64,000 bases of DNA, from NCBI RefSeq assembly GCF_006345805.1, contig NW_021832385.1, positions 1-64,000 on the forward strand, written 5' to 3'. The DNA comes from Octopus sinensis (taxonomy: Eukaryota). Of this stretch, positions 51,233 through 61,597 are shown piece by piece. A program made the position numbers and the translations under genes. The notes under the pieces were generated by a model. That model was not told the DNA's origin. It saw only the letters and a list, made by a program, of their open reading frames with translations, and did no database searches. Numbering within the stretch: the stretch's first letter is position 1; each line of letters starts with the position of its first letter.

Positions 51233-52427
51233 CACTTAGTTTTAAATCAGTAATTTTAAATGACCTAAATAGCTGTTATAGACTTATTACTGTTTTATCT
51301 AGGAATACTAATTCTGCCATTAATCATGGGCATTCTAATTTTATATTTCTATGTATAAGTGTTTTGTTTTATTTTGTTTTTGAATATATCTGTATATTTT
51401 GATATATATATATATATTTTTATCCACATCGAATTTTCTACTGGTCTCGCACATATACGTACACCATATCATATGCATTTAGTTTGGGACTTCGGTGTAT
51501 TGATCTGTACTTAGTTTGGGTCTATATATTAAACACATGGTGTTCACCTTTAGATGCGTACATGTGTATACATACATATGTAAGTGTGTACGTATATCTA
51601 AATTTCATGTAGGTCTTTGTATGAATCCACTTGGTGGTCTTCAATATTAAGTTTTTTTTATGTATATTTGTACTTATTTGTACTTTTTTGTTTTTGTACT
51701 TTTTTTATTTACTGACACTCGATAATTTATAATTTATAATTTATTATAACATATATATGTATATGTGTACATTTGTGTATGTGTATGCCTGAGTGTATGT
51801 GTATGTGCATGTGTAGGCGTGCATGTATATCTGTATTTATGATTGTGCATGTAAGTATGTCTGCGTATGTTTGTATGTATGTGGATATATAGGTATGTCT
51901 ATTCTAGTAGGGTGTATGTATGTATTTGAATGTATGTATAAATGTATATATGTATAGGTGTGTGTGTATGCATAAATATATTTTTATATATATGTATGTA
52001 GCTATGTATATGTTTATATATATGTATGTATATATATGTTACTTATATGTATGTATATTTATGTGTGGGTATATAAGCACATATGTATGTGTGTATGTAT
52101 GAACGTTCTTGTCTGTGTATACATGCTTATTTGTTTGTATATTGTATATGTATAGTATGCATATATGGGGATGTTTGTAGGTCTGTATGCACGCGTGCAT
52201 GAGGATCTTTATATACATATATGAGTGTATATATGTATGTGCATATATATATTTACTTATGTTCCTCTACCTATATTGGATTCAGACTTTTGTTGCATTT
52301 TACAGGTTTATTGGTATTGGGTGGACTGTATATTTATTTGTTTAGTTTTAACTAAGTAAGTACCTTGTTTAATATTCATATTTGCATTTTATATCTTCAT
52401 TTTATATCTTTATAATTGTACTTTATA

Positions 52428-52553
52428 ATCTCTGACGAGGCCTTGAGATATATATATAAGTAAATCATTTTTAACTGCATATTACCTCAATACATCTGAC
52501 TAATATGGGCATAATGAGATACTCTTATCTACAGGCTGAAATAGCTGTAAGAT
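52428..52553 (+). ncRNA. Type I hammerhead ribozyme, family H
   Basis: atct CTGACGA ggcct...aggct GAAA TAGCTG TA agat; stem I is a perfect 4 bp. Confidence 0.82.
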
Positions 52554-52763
52554 CCATTTTATATGTATTATTCTTATGGTATTATCTTACTTATTGATGT
52601 ATATTGTTATATTGTTTTATTCTGTCTTATTCTGTTGGATTTGTATGTTCCTATTTAATCTAAAAAATTAGTTAATAAATTATATAAATTGGTATTATCT
52701 GGAAGTTGAGGATTGAAAGAAATCTATTCCTCCATTTTCTTATTTTATATATACATATATATA

Positions 52764-52836
<73 letters not shown>

Positions 52837-53049
52837 GTGAAATAGAAAGATGAATAATCTTGTAGTAGATTAATCAACAGTTTAACCGATACCTTAGTAG
52901 CAAAAATCACAGCAGTAAACAGCACGGTTGGAGGTACAACCATCTGGCGTTGCAACCGTGCGTTGGTGCGGATAATTGAAATTAAAACATTATTGGTGAA
53001 TTGAAGAAATGGAGCTGAACGCAGATTGAACAGAAATCGTTTTATTTCA

Positions 53050-53129
53050 TTCTACACGTGTTTCGAAAGGCACAAATTACCAAAATCCGATTGAATAATG
53101 GGACCATATTGTGTCTTTCTCTTCAGGAA
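53050..53129 (-). ncRNA. Type I hammerhead ribozyme, family E
   Basis: Reverse complement of 53152-53231. Confidence 0.85.
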
Positions 53130-53151
53130 GAAAAAAGGATTTCCTTTTTTC

Positions 53152-53231
53152 TTCCTGAAGAGAAAGACACAATATGGTCCCATTATTCAATCGGATTTTG
53201 GTAATTTGTGCCTTTCGAAACACGTGTAGAA
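53152..53231 (+). ncRNA. Type I hammerhead ribozyme, family E
   Basis: ttc CTGAAGA gaaagacacaa...ttgtgcctttc GAAA CACGTG TA gaa. Confidence 0.85.
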
Positions 53232-53318
53232 TGAAATAAAACGATTTCTGTTCAATCTGCGTTCAGCTCCATTTCTTCAATTCACCAATAATGTTATATA
53301 TATATATATTATATATAT

Positions 53319-53370
<52 letters not shown>

Positions 53371-53389
53371 CATATATTATATATAATAC

Positions 53390-53422
<33 letters not shown>

Positions 53423-53566
53423 CACATATATATATACATATATATATATACATATATATATACATATATATATATACATATATATATACATACATATATA
53501 TACATATATACATATATATATATTATACATATATATATATATACAAACATATATATATATATACAT

Positions 53567-53601
<35 letters not shown>

Positions 53602-53672
53602 ACAAACACACACACATATATATATAAATATAGAAACATATATATATATATATGTATATATATATACAAACA

Positions 53673-53704
<32 letters not shown>

Positions 53705-53783
53705 CACATATATATATATACACATATATATATATACATATATATATACACACATATATATATACACATATATAAATATATAT

Positions 53784-53920
53784 TAGAGGGAATGAGACAC
53801 TCAGAAATCAGGATGGTTTTATATTTACAGTATTTTATATTTATTAGTATGTTACATGTTTATATAAATCATATATCATATATTAGTGATTTCGTCCACT
53901 CTAATAGAGTTTTCAATTTT
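53784..53920 (-). repeat. Short repeat, diverged inverted partner of ~56357-56492
   Basis: ctcagaaatcaggatggttttatatttacag...ttcgtccactcta versus tagagtggacgaaa...ctgtaaatataaaaccatcctgatttctgag. Confidence 0.8.
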
Positions 53921-56340
53921 TTTTCTCTAGTTTCAGCCCAGAGCTGCGGCCATGCTGATGCACCGCCGTTTTGTGCTACACAGTTACTTCGAAGAACCTC
54001 GTCTAATATGTGGCACTTGGTGAAGAATGGAGTTTGATATAGCTACTCTCATTTGCACCTCTTGCCGTGAGGTAGGTTCATCTGGGACTCTCGAGAGGAA
54101 GATGTCCAGCTTTAATTTAAAAACTGCTACATCTACTTTGTGCAAGTTCCTCTGACTCTTTGGGAGAATATTAAAAAGCTGTGGGCCCTTGAAACCCAGG
54201 CTGTTGCAGAAGCTGGTCCTGAAGCGTAATGGCATTGCTGGGATCTTTGGTGTAGCTTACAATGCCAAAATTTGGCACAATTCCTTCCAGGATCTTCCAG
54301 ACATATATTACTGCATACCTCTCCCGTCTTCTCTCCAGGGAGTAGAGTCTTAGCAGTTTCAACCTTTTCCAGTAGCTGAGCTGTTGCAAAGATACGATCT
54401 TCTTTGTGAATCTTCTCTGGATTGCTTCAAGGTTCGCTGTTAATTTTACACTGGTGGGTGACCATAGCTGTGAGCAGTAATCCAGGCGGCTGAGGACGAA
54501 TGTCCGCCAGAGAACTATCATGGTTTCCTTATCTCTGGTTCTGAATGTTCTTAGGATCCACCTAGCCAGTCGTCTGCACTTTGTCGCCATCCTGGTAATG
54601 TGCACTTGGAAAGAGGTATCATCACTCATGTCGATACCCAGGTCCCTCACAGACTTAGGCTCTGGGATTGAAATTCCCTGTGGACCGGTGTATCCTGTAA
54701 GTTTAATATTCAGTTTTGGATGCTGGTAGCACAGGGCCTGGAATTTTTCAGCATTAAACTGCATATTATTATCCTCAGCCCATCTGTAGATTGAGTCCAA
54801 CTCCCGCTGCAGGTGTGCAACATCGCTGGGGTTCTGCATTTTCTGCGAGACTTTCGTATCGTCTGCATAGCTGGCCAGAGTGGCTATCCGGGCATTTGAG
54901 GGCATATCTAAGAGGGCCACTATAAAAAGCAGTGGTCCCAAGACAGTGCCCTGTGGAACACCGCTCACTATTTGTGCGTATTTCCATTAACCACTACTGC
55001 CTCACTCCTATCTTTCAGGAAGTCATGTAACCACACTCCAAGTTTTCCATCTATGCTGAGGTCACGCAGTTTGTGGCATATCATACCATGATCCACCTTG
55101 TCAAAAGCTTTTGCAAAATCAAGGTAGATTACGTCCACATTTGATTTGTTGAGTAACTGCCACAACACCCAGTCATAATGTTGTAAGAGCTGGGTCAGGC
55201 AGCTCCTACCTGGTCGAAAACCATGCTGGGTATCACTCAGCAAGAAATTTTCCTCAAGGAATACGATTAGTTTCTTTCTGACTATCCGTCCCATGACTTT
55301 GCTGATGTGTGAAGTCAGAGAGATAGGCCTATAGTTTTTGGCATCTGCTCTACTTACCCCTTAATGTATTGGGCATATTATTCCCTCCTTCAACTTGCTT
55401 GGCAGTTTGCCATTCGCAAGAAAGCTCTGGAAGAGAATCTTGAGGGGTTTTGCCAGGGCATGCTTACACGCTTTGAGGAGGATGGCTGGGAAACCGTCTG
55501 GACCAGCAGCTGAGTTTGTGTCCACTTCATCTATGGCTAGTAGGACATCTTTTTCGCTAATGTCGATACATCCTATTGTAACCGCCTCGCTGGTTGTAGG
55601 TGAAGCGGCAAAGAAGTCCACTGGTTCGTTCACTTGTCTGTGTTCCAACGGGGTGGTAAAGACACTTTTGAACTGGTCATTCAGCATCTCATTGATCTTA
55701 GTTGGACTGTCTGTGAGGGAGCCATCCTTTTGGAGGAGGAGTCCTATCTTGTAGTGCACTGAGACTGTTTCTTTCGCGTAATGAAAGAAGGCCTTTGGGT
55801 TTGATTTAATATTTTTTATAACCCAGGTTTCTTTGTCTGCTTCTCCTTGCAGCCTTTTTTCGATCTCCATCAGTGTTGTTTTTAGGCGGGACATTTCGCT
55901 ACTTTTGGGATGTTGGTTGAGACGATTTGTAACCTTCGTCCGTCGTCTCATGAGGATCTTCCTGTCTCTTGGAATCTTGCTCCTATTTGTTTTGGCCCTG
56001 TGCTCTCGGACATATTTCTGGCATACGGCTTGTACAGAAGACATGAAACATTCTAGTTTCATGTCAATGTCTGGTGTGGAGAGACATTCCGGCCAGTCCT
56101 CTCTGAGGATCTCCTTTTGTATCGATTTCCAATCTGCTTTGTGGAAGTTCAGATTGGAGAGATTTCGGGTGCTTCCTTTAGGCTATATGTCTCTGGTTAC
56201 TTTTGGCCCAAACATAGACAGCTCTATTCTGTTGTGATCCGAAACTGATGTTGGTGTCACTTTCACATCATGAATGATGTCCATATTGTTCGTCAAGCAG
56301 AGATCCAGAATGTTATTCGCCCTAGTTGGCTTGAGTATGA
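53921..56340 (-). mobile_element. 5'-truncated CR1/L2-group LINE (end of APE, RT with YADD, 3' UTR)
   Basis: ORFs 55361, 54968, 54171 and 53984; catggccgcagctctgggctgaaac at the 3' end. Confidence 0.93.
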
Positions 56341-56535
56341 ATAAGTCATTGAAGAGTTCAATTTGAAGACTCCACTAGAGTGGACGAAAGCGATATTATA
56401 TGATATATGATTTATAAAAACATGTAACATAATAATAAATATCTGTAAATATAAAACCATCCTGATTTCTGAGTACCTCATTTCTTCTAATATATAAAAC
56501 CTGTACATCATCTCCAAAATTTCGAATATAAATAA

Positions 56536-56588
<53 letters not shown>

Positions 56589-56812
56589 ATATATATATAA
56601 TATATATATATATAATCTATAACTACAAAATTAGAGAATGGAGAAACATACTTAAATCAATAAAACATCACTATCCGATGATACCCAATCAATACTTTAA
56701 TACACCATACATATGAGTAAAGGCATTATACAAAATGAGATATACAGTAATAGAAAAAGATAAAGAGATATAAGGTAAAAAATTTCAAATATAATATGCA
56801 ATTAAATCAAAA

Positions 56813-56919
56813 CTGACAGCTGTTTCGGCAGTGAGGGCAGTCATACCTCATTTAACCTCTAAGCCATAAAGGCAGGTATAAATGAGGCATTAACAAGGAT
56901 GCCCCACGGCCTCTTCAAG
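56813..56919 (-). ncRNA. Hammerhead, H-related family, core with a 1-nt defect
   Basis: Reverse complement of 58272-58379, but tcttcaag replaces tcttcagag. Confidence 0.55.
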
Positions 56920-57889
56920 AATTAAATTAAATTTGTTATAATTGTGAAAAATATTATATAACCATATACATATAAATATAAAATTATAAAAATGTAAAAT
57001 ATAAAAACTTATACATCATAAGCTACACTTATATAATATAATACTCATTGGTACAATAAAGAAGGTAAACAGAACAAAATAACAAAATATATATCAGTGT
57101 ATATATTAATATTAATAAGTACCGATATATTACATATTTGGCTAATAGTTTTTTTAAAAACCTAACACATAGGAGATGAAAAATAATATTAAAACTGTTC
57201 AGTCATAAAATTCTAAAGCTATGAAAGTTAATAAAAATTACTATTAATATTAATAATAATAATAATAATAAAAATAATAATAATAATAATAGATACAGTT
57301 AAGTTTGCACCAAGTCCATCCTTTCAAGATCGAAATAACTATGAGTTTAGAAATGCTGATCACTAGGTAAAGAAAATTTGATCAGCATTTCTAAACTCAT
57401 AGTTATTTCGATCTTGAAAGGATGGACTTGGTGCAACTTAACTGTATCTATTATTATTATTATTATTTTTATTATTATTATTATTATTAATATTAATAGT
57501 AATTTTTATTAACTTTCATAGCTTTAGAATTTTATGAACTGAACCATGGTTTTATTATTTATTTTTCATCTCCCTATGTGTTAGTTTTTTTAAAAAAACT
57601 AACACATAGGGAGATGAAAAATAATTAAAACCATGGTTCAGTTCATAAATTCTAAAGCTATGAAAGTTAATAAAAATTACTATTAATATTAATAATAATA
57701 ATAATAATAAAAATAAAAATAATATAATATAGATACAGTTAAGTTTGCACCAAGTCCATCCTTTCAAGATCGAAATAACTATGAGTTTAGAAATGCTGAT
57801 CACTAGTAAGAAAATTTTGATCAGCATTTCTAAACTCATAGTTATTTCGATCTTGAAAGGATGGACTTGGTGCAAACTTAACTGTATCT

Positions 57890-57920
<31 letters not shown>

Positions 57921-58271
57921 TTATTATTATTAATATTAATAGTAATTTTTATTAACTTTCATAGCTTTAGAATTTTATGAACTGAACCATGGTTTTAATT
58001 ATTATTTTTCATCTCCCTATGTGTTAGTTTTTTTAAAAAAACTATTAGCCAAATATGTATAATATCGGTACTTATTAATATTAATATATACACTGATATA
58101 TATTTTGTTTTATTTTGTTCTGTTTACCTTCCTTTATTGTACAATGAGTATTATATTATATAAGTGTAGCATTATGATGTATAAGTTTTATATTTTACAT
58201 TTTTATATTTTTTATTTATATGTATATGGTTTATATATATTTTTCACAATTATAACAAATTTAATTTAATT

Positions 58272-58379
58272 CTCTGAAGAGGCCGTGGGGCATCCTTGTT
58301 AATGCCTCATTTATACCTGCCTTTATGGCTTAGAGGTTAAATGAGGTATGACTGCCCTCACTGCCGAAACAGCTGTCAG
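58272..58379 (+). ncRNA. Type I hammerhead ribozyme, H-related family (85-nt stem II, weak stem I)
   Basis: ct CTGAAGA ggc-c-gtggggca...tgccctcac-t-gcc GAAA CAGCTG TC ag. Confidence 0.72.
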
Positions 58380-58741
58380 TTTTGATTTATTGCATATTAT
58401 ATTTGAAATTTTTTATTATATCTCTTATCTTTTTACTATTACTGTATATCTCATTTTGTATAATGCCTTTACTCATATGTAATGGTGTATTAAAGTATTG
58501 ATTGGGTATCATCGGATAGTTGATGTTTTATTGATTTAAGTATGTTTCTCCATTCTCTAATTTTGTAGTATTAATTTACGGTAATATTATTACCTTTACC
58601 CATATAAATACAATAGATGAACTGATTGTTTGACAATTTTAACATCTATGTATTAATCTTGTTGGGTACCTATCTGGCAGTATATTGGATATATATTATC
58701 CCATGGTGGGTTGAATTTTCAACCCCTATCTCATTTTATAA

Positions 58742-58787
<46 letters not shown>

Positions 58788-58827
58788 CATAAATATGTAC
58801 ATATATATATATATTTATATTTTATAT

Positions 58828-59047
58828 TTCATCTAGTTTCAGCTCAGCCATTCAGTGTTGCTACATGATTTTACTTCACGAATGCTTTTTAGCAATTGCC
58901 ATTTGGTGCATGAGAGAGTTCGATGCAGCTGCCCTCATCTGCACCTCCTGCCATGAAGTTGGTTCATCTGGGACACCTGACAGGAAGAGATCCAGTTTTA
59001 TTTTAAAGACATCTGCATCCACCCCATGCAGGTCTCTCAGGTCCTTC
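58828..59047 (-). mobile_element. Short LINE 3' fragment
   Basis: DLRDLHGVDADVFKIKLDLFLSGVPDEPT...SNSL. Confidence 0.88.
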
Positions 59048-59072
59048 ATACATATATATCTATACATAAATA

Positions 59073-59110
<38 letters not shown>

Positions 59111-59212
59111 AATATGTACATATATATATATATATACACAAATAAGTACATAATATAATATACTATATATATATATATATATATACACACACAAATATGT
59201 ACATATATCTAA

Positions 59213-59251
<39 letters not shown>

Positions 59252-59332
59252 TATATATATACTTAAACTATATATATATATAAATATATATTACTTAAAC
59301 TATATATATATATAAATATATATATATACTTA

Positions 59333-59881
59333 ATCACCCCAGAGGGCACTCACTAAACGAATTGAAGGCATGGCTGTTCTCAATTATTGGGACCGCCTTA
59401 AATCCTTGAAACTCTACTCTCTCCAGCGTCGCCGCGAGCGGTACATCATTTGTACGATTTGGAGAACATACCACCAACTTTGCCCAAATGACCAGAACAT
59501 TAGCTTCAAGGTTCATCCAAGACTGGGACCACGGGCCATATGTTCCCTGCCCAATTCAGGATCACAGCATACATGTACACTGCAACATAATTTCTTTTCC
59601 TCAACAGGTCCTGCCCTATTTAACATTGTCCCGAAAGAGATCAAAGAGGAAAAGGATCCCATCAACTTTAAACAGAGTCTGGATAGATTCCTTCAAGGAA
59701 TGCCAGATAAGCCACCCATAATTGGATACAACTCACCCAACAAGAACTCACTACTTGAATGGACCATAAACAAAACTTGACTTAAACAGGATTTAGATAA
59801 TCCTATCAGGTGGTGCTATTAAGTTAGACATGGCCTGGACCAATCTTTGGTCGAAACATATCTAACTTTTATCTAACTTTT
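59333..59881 (+). mobile_element. 3' fragment of a more distant CR1/L2-group LINE, (ATCTAACTTTT)2 tail
   Basis: NYWDRLKSLKLYSLQRRRERYII...GPALFNIVP...FKQSLDRFL..PDKP...NSL. Confidence 0.88.
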
Positions 59882-59884
59882 ATG

Positions 59885-59916
<32 letters not shown>

Positions 59917-60028
59917 TATACATATATATAGATAGATATAGAGATATATGTACATCCATATATATGCATACATATATATATACGTATATATACATACATA
60001 TATATATATGCATATGTATATATCAATA

Positions 60029-60149
60029 TATGGCCTGCTCGCTTAGCCAGCGGGGTGGCGTCATTCGATGGCTAAAACAATGCGAACGCATTGTGACCAG
60101 CGATGTGTAACAACATCTGATGGTCTGGTCGGTCACGTGATCACGTGAT
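60029..60149 (+). mobile_element. Probable SINE/LINE 3' end fragment with (CACGTGAT)2 tail
   Basis: GC-richer island in (TA)n ending in a short tandem tail; family not identified. Confidence 0.45.
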
Positions 60150-60689
60150 ATATCAATATATATATACATATATATAAATATATATACACAGAGATATATA
60201 CATATAAGTATTTATATATATATATATATATACATGGATATATACGTATATATACGTAAATAAATTATTTGTAATAATACAAATAAATACAGAATATTTT
60301 CGCTTTTGATGTAGTATATGCAACTAAAACATATCTCACGAACAACCGAGCACATGTGCTAAAGCCACGTTTTTTGAAAACCCCTAAAAAGCTACTACCT
60401 GATATCGGAATCGCTCAAATATTAAATTCGCAAGCGGATCAAAGCATAAAAAACAAACCATAAAATATTGCATCTACGAACATTGGAACTCTATTCTTTT
60501 CTTTTGTTTACAAAATGCAAGTAAAGAAAAAATATTATTTATTATTATTAATAATCGACGATCTTACTGTTCTAAGATCGCCTAATAATACATCGATATA
60601 ATCGCATTATAGATATAAAAAATATACGCTAATTTTATTTTTAAACGCGCGTCTGTTTGTATATAAATTCGTCCATGATACAGTGTGTT

Positions 60690-61590
60690 TCCTTCTCTCA
60701 ATCCTGACTATCTGTGTAACCTGCCTTACTCTTTCTATCTTTTTCTTACAATTCTCCCCTCCTTATCTGTCTCTCCATCCCTCAGATCCTCTTTTCCGCT
60801 CTCTGTCTTTCTCTCTCCCTCTCTCTGCCATCGTTTCTCTTTCTGCATCTCTCCCCCCCCCCCTGCTCTCTCTCAGATCAACTTTCTCACATCTCATCCT
60901 CCCTCTCTGTTCCTCTACTTCACTCATTCTCTCTTGTATCTCTATCCCGCCCTCTCTCTCTCCCTCTCTCTTTTTCTCTCTCTCACTCTCTCTCTCTGTT
61001 ACTCTCTCTGCCTATCTTCTCTCCGCTCCTTCTCAGGTTAAACCTCTTTCTCTCTTTTCCTCCTTCTGTCCCCTTATTTCTTTCTCTAAACCACCCTCCC
61101 TGTCCCTTTACTACACTCTCTTGCACCTCTATCTCGCCCCCTCTTTCCCTCTCCCCTTTTTCTTCCTACCTTTCCTCTCCCTGCTCCCTCTAAGGTTCAC
61201 CCCCTTGTCTCTTTTTTCCTCTCTCTCTATCTCCTTCTTTCTCCACACCACCCTCTCTGTTCCTTTACTTCACTCTCTGGTACATCTATCCCGCCCTCTC
61301 TCTTCCTCTCCATTTTTCTCTCTGCCTTTCTTCTCCCTGCTACCCCTAAGGTCCATCCCCTTGTCTCTCTTTTCCTCCCTGTCCCTTTACTTCCTTTCTA
61401 CCACACATCTATCCCACTCACTCTCTCCCTGCTGACCTGCCATTCTTTCTCTCTTCTCTCAGGTCAATCCCCTTGTCTCTCTCTCTATCCCCCCTGGCTT
61501 ATCTGCCACCAGCTTTTCTCTTCTCTCCTCTCCCTCTCAGGTCAACCATCTTATCTTTCCTTCTCTCTCTGTTCCTATATTTCACTCTCA
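60690..61590 (+). repeat. Polypyrimidine (CT-rich) imperfect repeat upstream of LINE ORF1
   Basis: Recurring tctcaggtca.c / ccccttgtctct / tctatcccgccctct blocks. Confidence 0.85.
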
Positions 61591-61597
61591 GGAAAAA

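Larger units (their letters stand above)
47769..52743 (+). mobile_element. Full-length Penelope-like element H with ~385 bp pseudo-LTRs (47769-48153, 52360-52743)
   Basis: Near-identical direct repeats, each with a hammerhead. RT-EN ORF between them, then a TG-rich 3' UTR. Confidence 0.93.
52837..53295. mobile_element. Family E repeat folded back into a ~310 bp palindrome (52986-53295)
   Basis: Centre aaaaaagga-tt-tcctttttt at ~53140. Confidence 0.9.
56622..58743. mobile_element. ORF-less fold-back PLE pLTR structure with nested palindromes, related to element H
   Basis: Outer arms are 56622-57150 and 58035-58569. Inner palindrome centres are at ~57370, 57591 and 57810. 58663-58740 resembles 48254-48330. 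Confidence 0.85.

Noticed and set aside
60683-61435. 250 aa Leu/Ser/Pro/Phe-rich ORF
   Set aside because: Artefact of a polypyrimidine tract.
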